A stretch of 64,000 nucleotides of DNA from Candidatus Nanoarchaeia archaeon. Its GTDB lineage: Archaea; Nanobdellota; Nanobdellia; Woesearchaeales; GW2011-AR4. A program made the position numbers and the translations under genes. The notes beneath the pieces were generated by a model. It saw only the letters and a program-made list of their open reading frames with translations. It did no database searches and was not told where the DNA came from. The stretch covers positions 6,758-70,757 of the forward strand of contig DATDZA010000035.1 in NCBI GenBank assembly GCA_035288865.1, read 5' to 3'. Each line of letters begins with the position of its first letter. The stretch's first letter is position 1. Below, in pieces: positions 27,463 through 38,700 of the stretch.

Positions 27463-27483
27463 TTTTTTTATTTATTTTTTAAC

Positions 27484-30400
27484 ATGAAAAGAGGAAAAAT
27501 GGGTGCAACTGTTAATAATAAAATTCGCGCTTTTTCTATTTATGCCCTGATAATACTTTTATTTTCATTGCTTAGGGGAGATAGAATGAAAATTAAAAAT
27601 AAAAATTCTCGAGAACATCTCATGTTCGTAACATTTTTGATATTTTTGATTAGTCTTAATTTTGTGTATTCAACAGGTGAGTCATGCATTTCCGATTCAG
27701 ATTGTAACGGAGGTGAGATATGTTCAGGGAGTGTTTGTACTGCACAAAATCTTTGCGGCGATGGAGTGTGCAGTGGAGAAACACCTGTAAGTTGCCCCCA
27801 AGATTGCAAGTATTGCGATGATAAATGTGATCCTCAAGGATGTTTTCCCCAATCTTACGGAAAAAGAATATACACTCCATATTTTGGCACTTGTTATCCC
27901 TCTTGTGGATTTAAAGGAGGAAGTTGTTTATCCAATCCCAATCAATGCTCATATCCTGTTGTAAATGCTGGTTATGAAACTTGGGATTGTGAAGGATATT
28001 GCTGTGTATCATCTTCATCAACAGTAACGGTAACTGCTTCCCATACCCCTCAAAATCCATCAGCGTCGAGTACTGTTGTAATAACTGTAGGATCTTCACA
28101 AGTAGTTAATTTCTTAGATATTAATGTTGGAAGTACCGGCAAAGAAACGTGCTTAAATACCAATACTTGTACTTTTAGTTTCCTCGCGAGTGTTTATGGA
28201 ACTACTTCTTATGATTATTATGGAACCGCAAGATCACAAGCAATTGAATTAGGAAGATCAGGAACAAACACTATAACCTTAGGAGGGGGATCATCACAAC
28301 TAACAGCAACTCCAAATTCTGTAAATATAGGTGTAGGAGAAAATAAACCTAATCAAGCAACTATTTCAGGCGGCTCAGGAGGTTATAGTATTAAAGAAGC
28401 ATGCAACAGCGCTATTGCGTGGTGTGATTTATTGGGACCTAATAAAGATTCACTTTACGTCGAGGGAAGAAGTGCAGGCTCAACAGCCATTAAAGTAAAA
28501 GACAGCGTAAATGCCGAAGTGACCGTCACAGTTAACGTCGGCACCGGCGGTCCAACTGGATGCGGCGCAAGAGGATGGCGAGATTATCCTAGTTGGGGTC
28601 AATGCCAAGAGTGCGATCAAAATCCTCCCGGCTGTGGAGGCAGAGGATGTGGAGAAGCTGAAGCATTCTGTGATGGAACTAATTGGAATAATCAATATTC
28701 TCCTTTTGTAAAAGACAGCGACAAGGGAACAGCAACATCTGGCCATGCATGCCCATGCGCAGGAAGCACACAATTATGTAACGGACAACCAAGACCAACA
28801 ACTCCAGCATGTCCGCAAGGCCAAACTTATCAATGTGTAAATACTCCGCCTGAGACCGGTAACTTTTGGGTATGTAGGAGTGGAACATCAAGCTGCCCAG
28901 CATGCAGTCCTCCCGGATCAACAGACGTGAAAGCAAGAGTTTTGAAAGCACAGTCGTGCCTGCCTGTTGGGGCTTCAAGCATGGATTGCCTAGTCACAAT
29001 TACTAATGGATTCGGCGGATGCTCAATCAGCAGAACGCCGCGTTTTCCAGGCTCATCAATAATCAGCTGTAACAAAATATCTGGATGCGGAACTGGAGCT
29101 GATTTATTTAGTATGATAGAAAATGGCCCGGGAAATTGTGTAGGTGCTGCAGGGCCATGGAGATATGAAACTGGTGGGAGTGGCACATGCCCAGCATGCA
29201 CTTCTCCAGGAACAACAGATGTAAAAGCAAGGGTCTTGCAAGCGCAGTCGTGCATGACCCCAAGTCCTTCAAGTATGGACTGTCTGGTTTCCACGGTTAA
29301 TAGTTGGGGAGGCGGCCAAATCAAAAGACGTTGCTGCAAGCCAGGCGGAAGTGAACCTCGAGATGATACAATTGACACCCCAAATGGAAGAATTATAGAT
29401 TTGATATCCAGCTGTTGCGACCTTCCAGAATCGAGATGGGCATATATGGATGTAACAGATGGCGGAGGAATCGATAATGAATTGCCCAAGATAGACTCGG
29501 TCACCCCAAACCCAGTAAAAACTGGAGCAACATTGACAATCAACGGCAAAAGCCTCGTGGCAACAGTGCAATATTTTGATTCTGCCAGAGTAATGAGAAC
29601 ATATATAGGGCACACAAATAGTGCAGCAACACAAATAATAATTCCAGTGCCAAGTGATTTTAAGCCAGGGCAATACACTGTAAGAATATACGCCGCGGCT
29701 GACAGAATTTCAAATGAAGTTCCAGTAACAGTTATAGCAGGAACTCAGAAATGCTCACCTGATGGATCCGCTTGCGGATATTGCGAAGAAGAATCACAGT
29801 GCCTACTCGATCCTCTGACCCCAACGGAAACGCAATGCATCAGCTCAGGCCAGTATTCTGGTGACAATTTCTGCGACAAAGGGCAATGGACGACAAGAAC
29901 TAAATTGCTTGCATTAAAGTTATTGAAGCTAAAAAGTGCCGACTATGTTTTATTCTGTGATAAGAAAGAAGTTTCATTAAATACTTTACAATACTTAACT
30001 GCTTCAAGCCAGGACGCATATACTGCATTAAGCAATTTTGATCCGAATAATTTCTGCGTGCTGAAAAACAATAATGCGGTAATCGGCGGGGCATCATTAA
30101 ATGGAAATCTAAGCACGAATTCAGGAAGCATTAATGTTTTTGGAGTTACCAATTGTAATGGCGCAATGGCATTTAATGATAACCAATATCATCCATGTGG
30201 CTCAAATAATGTGTGGTACAACAACGGACTTAACAGCATTATTTTTAGCAGTACTTCCATTTCAATAAGTTCTGATCAAGAACAGACTAGCTTTATAGTC
30301 AACATTATTCAATCAATAATTGATGCTATTAAGGGGTTGATAATAAAATCGCCTTATGACGAATCCTACTTGAATAGCATCATGAAATTCCGACAGCTGT

Positions 30401-30672
30401 ATATGAGCATACAAGGCAGTAAATCTATAATGGGCTCAATGGATTTCAACGGGCAGCAGTATCTTAACACCGTCATAGAGTACCGAGGCTTTGATGATAA
30501 CCTGTGCGTCTTAGTGGATAGCTACAACGTGGCAAATTCAGATCCCTCTTCTGGAATAGCGTGCGCGCAGAAGGGGCAAGATTTCTACGTGCTTGCCCAG
30601 GGAAGCCAATTTACAAAATTAAATCCTGATGATGTATGGCTGGATTTAACCTCCAAGTTGAGGATAAAATGA
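27484..30672 (+). CDS. locus gene A: large exported Cys-rich protein with IPT/TIG-like domain
   Basis: 1062-aa ORF. There are two N-terminal hydrophobic segments; an alternative start at ATG 27586 (MKIKNKNSREHLMFVTFLIFLISLNFVYS) is preceded by GGGGAG. It has many Cys, including vicinal CC, and a ~50-aa internal duplication (CPAC[ST][PS]PG[ST]TDVKARVL[KQ]AQSC...SSMDCLV). An IPT-like segment reads ...SVTPNPVKTGATLTINGKSL...GQYTVRIYAA.... Confidence 0.8.
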   Translation: MKRGKMGATVNNKIRAFSIYALIILLFSLLRGDRMKIKNKNSREHLMFVTFLIFLISLNFVYSTGESCISDSDCNGGEICSGSVCTAQNLCGDGVCSGETPVSCPQDCKYCDDKCDPQGCFPQSYGKRIYTPYFGTCYPSCGFKGGSCLSNPNQCSYPVVNAGYETWDCEGYCCVSSSSTVTVTASHTPQNPSASSTVVITVGSSQVVNFLDINVGSTGKETCLNTNTCTFSFLASVYGTTSYDYYGTARSQAIELGRSGTNTITLGGGSSQLTATPNSVNIGVGENKPNQATISGGSGGYSIKEACNSAIAWCDLLGPNKDSLYVEGRSAGSTAIKVKDSVNAEVTVTVNVGTGGPTGCGARGWRDYPSWGQCQECDQNPPGCGGRGCGEAEAFCDGTNWNNQYSPFVKDSDKGTATSGHACPCAGSTQLCNGQPRPTTPACPQGQTYQCVNTPPETGNFWVCRSGTSSCPACSPPGSTDVKARVLKAQSCLPVGASSMDCLVTITNGFGGCSISRTPRFPGSSIISCNKISGCGTGADLFSMIENGPGNCVGAAGPWRYETGGSGTCPACTSPGTTDVKARVLQAQSCMTPSPSSMDCLVSTVNSWGGGQIKRRCCKPGGSEPRDDTIDTPNGRIIDLISSCCDLPESRWAYMDVTDGGGIDNELPKIDSVTPNPVKTGATLTINGKSLVATVQYFDSARVMRTYIGHTNSAATQIIIPVPSDFKPGQYTVRIYAAADRISNEVPVTVIAGTQKCSPDGSACGYCEEESQCLLDPLTPTETQCISSGQYSGDNFCDKGQWTTRTKLLALKLLKLKSADYVLFCDKKEVSLNTLQYLTASSQDAYTALSNFDPNNFCVLKNNNAVIGGASLNGNLSTNSGSINVFGVTNCNGAMAFNDNQYHPCGSNNVWYNNGLNSIIFSSTSISISSDQEQTSFIVNIIQSIIDAIKGLIIKSPYDESYLNSIMKFRQLYMSIQGSKSIMGSMDFNGQQYLNTVIEYRGFDDNLCVLVDSYNVANSDPSSGIACAQKGQDFYVLAQGSQFTKLNPDDVWLDLTSKLRIK

Positions 30673-32786
30673 AAATAAAATCACTCAAATCACAGATTAC
30701 AATGATGATTATAGTCGGGTTAGTGTTATCCATATTAATTGGAATTGTATTTTACATTTCTAAATCTACTGTCAAGAAAACGATACAGCAAGGAGTGAAA
30801 ACAACACAGAGCACTGCTCTCGACACACAGCCGATTAAGGAGTTTGTGTCAAAATGCCAGGACAAGCTCGCAAAAGAGGCAATCACACTTATAGGGAAAC
30901 AGGGTGGTTACATATACAAAAGCCAGGGTGGAGATTTAATTGATTATTCAGGCAGCGATCAGGGCATATTCTTCATCATGTATGGGGGCAATAAAGTTGC
31001 TTACAATATCGAGCAGCCTCCCATTTATTTGATAGCACCTTTTTCTTCAACACCTCCAGATTATCCGTGGATAAGTTTTCCTTACAAGGACTCACAGTCC
31101 AATGATCAAACATTTGACGGAATTTTTGGATTGAGCAATATGCCTCCATTAAATAATTCTCAAGGGCCTAACTCAATTCAATCACAGATAGAAAGTTATA
31201 TCGATAATAAAATGGGAATTTGCGCAGATTTAAAAACATTCACAAATGAAGGTTACGAAATCAGCGTAAACAAAAGCAAAACAACTGCCACTATTGCAAG
31301 TTCTGATGTGAGAATAAAAACCTCAATGCCGATTAGAATAATAAATAAAGCAACGGGCGAGCAAACCTATATTGACGCATTTTCAACATCAGTCAATGTA
31401 AGGGTTCAGGATATTTATTATTTTGCGAAAAGTATTTTAAGCAACGATGTTACGAAAATCAATTTTGATCTTAAGGATGTTGCCAATAATAAGAATTCTT
31501 TCAGAATAGAAGTTCTGGATAATATTTTTTCGAAAGATGACATAGTAATAATTACTGATGACAAATCGCAGATATCTGGAAAACAGTATGAATATAGACT
31601 TGCCAGAAAGAATAGGGCTCCTGCGCTTTATTACATAAAGGAGAATATAATCCAACTTCCGCGAGATTATATGATATACCAAGATGACCTTATAAGGGGG
31701 TCGGAACTGAACGCTGAAGACCCTGATGAGGATTCTGTAAGGATAACCATTACGGACCAGCTCAATCCAACAGGAAACACTCCAGCAGGAAACCCTCCTG
31801 GAGCAAAGCTTTTTGGTCGGGAAAAATTCTTTGTTGTGGTATCTTATTTTGATGCTTTGCGAGCTTCGGATAGCACACTCGATTCGGATTTTACATATTT
31901 AAAATCAAAAGGAGTAGATGGAATAAGAATATTTCCGAATTGGTGGAACTGGAATAACGGCGATCGCCAAGCTGCAACTGACACTTTGATAGACGAAAAC
32001 GGAAATCTTAGACAGAGCCAATTAGACAGGTTGAAAATTGTTTTGGACAAAGCAAAAAACAAAGAATTTATTGTGGATGTAAGCTTTGCAAGGGAAGTGG
32101 CAGGGCAAGAGGTTATAGATATTAACGAATATAAAAATGGAATTATAGAGGCCGTAGGCATGATAAAACAGGACGGCTACAAGGATATACTGATTGATAT
32201 ACAAAACGAGCATAATGGGGGAATAACTTATCTAAGCGACAATGATGTGAAGGATATAAGGGACGATATAAAGCAAATTGCTCCTGATTACCCCCTTGGA
32301 GCATCAATTGCTTACGACGCATCTACTTCTTATGCCATAGATGCAGCTAATGTTGTAAATCTTGATGTGATTTTGTACCATGATCCGCGCACTGCCGATT
32401 GGTACCAAAGAACAGGGCAAGTGGTCAATGAGCTTAAGGTTTCTGGCAAGCCAGTCTATCTGGAGGAGCCGGAAAGATGGATGCCGGGAAGTTCCCTGAC
32501 CAGCAACGACTTTATGACTGCGATGACGCAGGCAAAATCCGCAGGAGCCGCTGCATGGACATTTCACACAGAGGCAGGGTTTGACCTTAGATCTGACTCA
32601 TTGCAATCACAACTAAGCAGTGTTGAGCGCGAATTTTTAGATTCAATCAATGGACTCCAGCTCAACCCGATTGGCATAGGATCTAATCTGCCCGTAATGC
32701 TTGACAGGCCGCAAATAAAATTTAGAATAGAGGCAAGCGACGGAATTTTATCAGATTATCAAATTATAACGGTAAACCAAGAATGA
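30669..32786 (+). CDS. locus gene B: pilin-like leader plus clan GH-A-like TIM-barrel domain
   Basis: The start ATG at 30669 overlaps the stop of A (ATGA). Leader MKIKSLKSQITMMIIVGLVLSILIGIVFY. Residues encoded by ~31827-32590 show (beta/alpha)8 glycosidase-like landmarks: IRIFPNWW, IDIQNEHNG (NE at 32205-32210), ILYHD, PVYLEEPE and AAWTFH. Confidence 0.5.
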   Translation: MKIKSLKSQITMMIIVGLVLSILIGIVFYISKSTVKKTIQQGVKTTQSTALDTQPIKEFVSKCQDKLAKEAITLIGKQGGYIYKSQGGDLIDYSGSDQGIFFIMYGGNKVAYNIEQPPIYLIAPFSSTPPDYPWISFPYKDSQSNDQTFDGIFGLSNMPPLNNSQGPNSIQSQIESYIDNKMGICADLKTFTNEGYEISVNKSKTTATIASSDVRIKTSMPIRIINKATGEQTYIDAFSTSVNVRVQDIYYFAKSILSNDVTKINFDLKDVANNKNSFRIEVLDNIFSKDDIVIITDDKSQISGKQYEYRLARKNRAPALYYIKENIIQLPRDYMIYQDDLIRGSELNAEDPDEDSVRITITDQLNPTGNTPAGNPPGAKLFGREKFFVVVSYFDALRASDSTLDSDFTYLKSKGVDGIRIFPNWWNWNNGDRQAATDTLIDENGNLRQSQLDRLKIVLDKAKNKEFIVDVSFAREVAGQEVIDINEYKNGIIEAVGMIKQDGYKDILIDIQNEHNGGITYLSDNDVKDIRDDIKQIAPDYPLGASIAYDASTSYAIDAANVVNLDVILYHDPRTADWYQRTGQVVNELKVSGKPVYLEEPERWMPGSSLTSNDFMTAMTQAKSAGAAAWTFHTEAGFDLRSDSLQSQLSSVEREFLDSINGLQLNPIGIGSNLPVMLDRPQIKFRIEASDGILSDYQIITVNQE

Positions 32787-35700
32787 AAATCGACAAAATA
32801 TTTCTAACAATATTGGCAGTTTCGATATTCTTGACAGCATCAAGTATAGTATACTCCCAGTCTGGTGCAACAGTGCTTGGATGCTGCACTAATCCAGGAG
32901 CGGGAGATAGATCATGTTCCAGTCAAAGGTTAGTCCAGCTTGATGAGGAATGCTGCCCGAAACCTGAATCAAATTTTCTGAGCTATTATAAATCAGCGCA
33001 AAATCCACAGGGGCCGGCTAATTATAATGAATGTTCTTCAAATTTTTTCTTTGTGAATAGAGACTGCGGAACAGTAAATGCGTGCGCGCTTGGATGCTGC
33101 TGTTCCAATACTGGTGGAGTGTTAGCCCCTCAAAGCCAATGCACCGGCACCGGCTCAACATTCTATGGCGGGACAACAATCTGCAGCGAGGTTTGCGCAA
33201 ATCCACAATGCAATGATAACCTTGACAACGATAATAATGGGTGTGCAGACTTTAACGGCGCAGATACGGGATGTAGCAGCACTGCAGACAATGAAGAATC
33301 CGGAGGCAGCTGCAGTAATATAGCTGGAGCGTGCCTAAACCCAGCCTATGTTCCGAAACTTACAAGCTTTGAGATTAGGCCAGTCAAGGGAGAGAAAAGA
33401 TTTACAATGTCGTGGTCTGATGAATGCAGTGCAGGAGCATCATTTTATGAAATTTTTAAATGTACGGGCTCCGGATGCACAAATTTTGCATTGATCGGCA
33501 CATCGACTGCCGCAACATTTGATGATTCGTCGGACCTTTCATTCGGAGTTGCTTACACTTATCAGGTTAAATCACATTATACCCTTCAGGCAGCCACTCC
33601 GATAATAAACAAGACAGCATCGCTGGGAAACATAGAATGCCTTGGCAAATTTTCAACGAACAATTTTTGCGCAAATAATTCGGCTTATGCCTGTGACAGC
33701 TTCAACAAGCTTATACTCAGTGTGAATTGCAATTCTCCAAAAATTTGTTCTATAAATAACAATGTCCCGGTGTGCATTGCAAGAAGCAATTGCAGCATTG
33801 GAAACCCTTTTGGACTCTTTGGTGCACGAAACGACTGTGAGGTTGGAAAATACTGCTTTTATGATAAATCTTTTTCTACCGTAAACTACTGCTTTGGGTG
33901 CGAGCCTTCAATGTCGTGCTATGACTACAAATCACAGCAGACATGCACACGTGATAATTGCGGAGTTGGAAGCTGCATGTGGAAAAATATTGGAAATGAT
34001 TTTGACGCCGGAGCTTGCGTAAGCACAGATGAATATAACTGCAAGTGGTGCGTTGAAAAGGGAACTTCGTCGATTGGAACTAACAGGGTTTTTAATAATA
34101 TATTTGATGTTTGCACTCTGGAAAAATCAAGAGCGTTATCCCAGGGAAATTTTAGATGCTATTTTAACAATGGCGTGGCAACCTCATGCCAGGATATGGG
34201 TTGCAGGAGCTATGATCCCTCACAATGCTCCAGCGAGAATATACAGCACGATGAGAACAATAATCTTATAAATCCTTCAGGCGATGAATGCGGCATTAAA
34301 GTATGCCAAAATATCGGAAACCAGTGTGTGAAGAATGCAGATGGTGACAATGCATCTGACTGTATGGAGGATTTATGCGAAATGGATTATTTTGCACCAA
34401 ATACTACTTTAATTCCTATAATCAAACAAGGAGTGATTGACAGTTTCAACATTAACATTTATGACAAGCTGAGCGCAAATAGTTCACCAAATCTTCAGAA
34501 TTCAGGTAATTATTCGACGTATATATGTGTAGAGCCATGCGGACAGCAAGGTCATCCATATGACAATTTTACAACATCCAGAAAACTTATTTTGAGCGGC
34601 CTTGGCATTTTTGACGGTTCCAGCGGAAGCAAAATTTTATCGTTGCAGGAAGGGAACAATGTTGTAAGGTACTATTCACAGGATCCCGCAAAAAACCTAG
34701 AACAAGTTAAGAGTATAACGATTGAGGCGCACAGTAACTCCTTGAACCCACACGTTATAGGAATAAACGTCACTGGCGCATCAAAAATCAATCAGAAATT
34801 TATTACAAGCAATTCCAGGCCAACTATCACAGTTTTATTTTTAGACCCAGCAATCATAACCTTTGCACGAGTTGTGAATAGGAACACCGGTTTTATGGTT
34901 CAGCTGCAGCCAAGCAGCGAGCTCAATAATATACTGAACTTGAACATCAATCAAAATATTCCTGATGGAGAATACACTTTTGAGCTGAATGCGAAGAACC
35001 AGAACAATCTGTTCATGAATTCTCTGTACACGGCGGCAATAATTGTTGACACAACTCCACCGACACTTAATATTACACCAGCAACCGGAGCGATATTAAA
35101 TTTGACTCCTGTGAACGTCCTGCTGGCTTTCAGCGAAGAGGTAGTTTTGAGCACTGCAAAAATAAATTTGGCTGATATTAGTGGTTCTTTTTCCACCAAC
35201 AATAAGAAAAATTATGTTTCTTCTTTGAACCTTAGCGATGGAAATAAAGTCCTTGAAGTATCCGCAAAAGATTACGCAGGAAATCAGGTAGGCCGAACGT
35301 CTACATTTATAGTTGATGCTTATCCAACGCAAATTAGCCTGTCGCAGCCACAATTTGGAGTATCTCCCACTTACAATTTTAACATAGCCGTGCAAACCGA
35401 CAACAATGCGCAATGTAGATATGAGCTTGACAACAACCTAGATTTTGAATTCATGAATACATTTTCGTCCACTGGCGGAGTTATACATATTATTCAAAAC
35501 TTTAACAGAATAACCGTAGGAGATACAAACGTGCATAAATTATATGTTAAATGCCAAGCATCAAGGGGATTAGCTTCAAATATATTTGACCTCAGCGTTG
35601 ACACGTCCCCGCCTCAAATCATAAACTCATTTGCTTATCCCAACCCTATCATAGAAAGACCAATTAGAACCTCTCTAACAGTCCAGACAGATGAGCCTGC

Positions 35701-38700
35701 GATATGCAAGTACAGCGCCAATACAAACGATTTCAACAGCATGGAAAATAAATTTTATGGATTTGACAACAATACTTTCCTGACTATAATTAGGCAGCAA
35801 ATAGAACTAGCTAATGATGGAGTATACGTTTATTATGCAGCGTGCAAAAATAAAGCCCAATCCGTTTCAAACACTTCCCAAATAAACTTCAATGTAAATC
35901 TTGCCAGCCCACTGAATGTTATATCCCATACTCCTTTATACTTTAATACCAGCATTATTGTTTTGGCTGTAGAAACAAATAAACTTGCGCAGTGCAAATA
36001 TTCAGAAACGGATCCGACAGTTCAAACTGGTTTTATATTCGGAGCGCCTTCTTACGGCCATACGGTTCAACTTACGCTTCCAACCGGAAGGCACGACTTT
36101 TATGTCGCATGTAAGGACCAGTACCTTCAACAGTGGTCGAGCCCGTTGAAAGTGAGCTTGATTGCGGACCCAACTCAGCCCATCATGCTTTTTGTGAATG
36201 ACACAAGCACGCTTGAATTTGCAGTCGAGAAAACATGCAATACCGATAAACTCAGGGTAAAATTCCTTGGAGAAGATCCGGAATCCGGAATTAAAAATTA
36301 CTTTTATTCAATCATAAAGAATAATCTTCCCATAACTCCGCTTACAGACGCTTTCAATGGAAACGAGTGGATATGGGTACAGAATTTAAGTCTTCAGGAC
36401 AATTCGTTATATTTCTTTAGCGTTCAGGCTAAAAATTATGCAGAACTTAGCAGCGCGCCTAAAATAAGTGACGGAATAACTGTTGATACTTCGGCATGCA
36501 TGCCGGCTGCGCGATGCCAAGATGGAGTAATAAATCAGGCAAATGAAGAGTGTGATAAAACTTCGTTTGGATCGATTAACAGTTGCCTTAATTATACCAA
36601 TTTCGTTGGAGGTCACTTGCAGTGCAATATTAACTGCCAGCTTGACACTTCAGGATGTGTTAAATTACCTGACTGCGGCAACAATAGACTTGATCCAGGA
36701 GAAAGCTGCGACGGCAACCTATTTGGTGCAATTAATTCATGCACAAATTTTAGCACGTTCAGTGGAGGATCTTTAAGATGCTCTCCAACAACCTGCCAAC
36801 TTGATACTTCATTCTGCACAGAAAAGCCAAAATGTGGAAACAGTGTAATTGATTTAGGAGAAAGCTGTGACACGTTCAACTTAGGGCCACTAAGCGGAAA
36901 ATGCGTTGATTACAACCCATCAACATTTACTGATGGAAATTTATCCTGCAATTCATGTAAGATTAATACATTAGGCTGCCAAGGCATTCAAGGCTCGTGC
37001 GGAAACGGAATAATCAACATTGGTGAAACATGCGACGGCATTAATTTTGGGCAGATTAAAGGTTGCACAAACTTCACCACTTTTAACGGTGGAACGCTAA
37101 AATGCGACGCTTCAAATTGCCAGCTTGACACTTCGTCCTGCATAGAAAAACCAAAATGTGGAAACACTGTAATTGATTTAGGAGAAAGCTGTGACTCCAA
37201 TAATTTAGGTCCTTTGACCGGCAACTGCATTGATTACAGCTACGACTTTAACGCCGGCACATTAAACTGTACTTCATGTAAATTGGACACGGGTGCTTGC
37301 TCACGGGCGTCTCTGTGCGGAAACAACAGGCTTGACACCGGAGAGACCTGCGACGGCACTAAATTTACTTTGAGTGATTTAACCTGCAATAGTTATAATT
37401 CTAATTTCCGAAATGGAACTTTAGTGTGCGGCAGTTCCTGCAGCATAAGCACTAGGAATTGCAATTCGAATGTGACTGTTCAGCCTCCGATTACCTGCAA
37501 GGACAACGGAACGTGTAAAATAAATGATGCATGCGATGATAGTTCCGATTGCGAGAGCAGATACTGCGATTCAAATAAAAAATGCCAGACACCTTCCTGC
37601 ACAGATGTAACCAAAAACCAGGATGAGTCGGATATTGACTGCGGTGGAAGCTGCGCAAAATGTGAAAGTAATAAAGCATGCAGGTCAAGCAGTGACTGTC
37701 TGGCAGGCTCGTGCAATTTTGGAATGTGTGGCTCCCAAGAATTATGCCTTGATGGAGAATTAAGCCCTGGCGAAACTGACATAGACTGCGGCGGGCAGTG
37801 CCCAAAAAAATGCTCTGAAGAAAGAAGCTGCGAAGTTGACGCAGACTGTCAGTCTGAATTAGTGTGTAGGTATTCACAATGTAAGCAGCCTGCCCTACCA
37901 CAACCACAAAACCCAACGGAGACGGACACAGACGGAGACGGAATGACCGACAACTGGGAAGTTGAAAATGGATTAAATCCTAATGATCCCAATGACGCCG
38001 AGGCCGATGATGATAAAGACGGTCTGACTAATCTCCAGGAGTTTAAATTAAAAGACACGTACAGCAGTAGTGCTGATCCTCACAATGCAGACACAGACGG
38101 TGATGGAATCAATGATGGAGATGAAGTCCAGGCTGGTACAAATCCCCTTGATGCAAAAGATTTCACAAAATCAAGCAAAACAAAAATTATATTATTTATC
38201 CTCGGTGCAATAATCTTGATTTCCGGTTTTGGCTATTTGGCGTACAATGCAGTTCAAAAAAGAAAAGAAAATGAATTTGAAATTCCGAGACAAAGAGAAT
38301 TACCCAGACAAAGAGAATCTCCTGTAATCCCTCAATCGCCCAGGCCTGCACAGCCTGTTTTCAGGCCAAGACTAAATTATGGTGCAGATCAAATGCGGAT
38401 AAATGAATCCTTAAGGGCAAAACAGCAGCAGATGGATTTGGAAAGAAAAAGATTATTTGAGCCTTTTGGAGCTGTAAAGCCACAAGCACAAAAAACACAA
38501 CAGAGTGCACCAGAAACACAAAAAGAAGAGCAAAAAGCCAAGCCTAAGAATAAAGAAATTAAGCGTCAACATAAACCAAACAGAGAGAGTAAGAAAAAAG
38601 TCCGTCCCAAAAAGTCGAAAGAAGATGTATTTATTAAGCTTCAGGAAATAGCAAGAGAGTCAAAAAATAAAATAAAAGGAAAGAACAAAAATGCAAGTGC

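Noticed and set aside
28894-29335. The duplicated ~140-nt segments in gene A as a diversity-generating retroelement TR/VR pair
   Set aside because: There is no reverse transcriptase in the window. Both copies are in frame within one coding sequence. The mismatches I can see are not restricted to adenine positions of one copy (for example C/T, G/A and T/A changes in both directions).
28830-29678. 282-aa minus-strand ORF (plus 28480-28773, 28679-28978 and 29269-29673) antisense to gene A
   Set aside because: These lie entirely inside the 1062-aa + strand ORF, whose frame carries a coherent Cys-rich repeat architecture and a signal peptide. The antisense products are low-complexity with no start context. 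I attribute them to locally GC-rich, stop-poor composition.
36515-37470. Regularly spaced repeats as a possible CRISPR array
   Set aside because: The repeat unit is ~160 nt, in frame, imperfect, and encodes a Cys-rich protein module. There is no short conserved repeat with unique spacers, and no cas genes are nearby.
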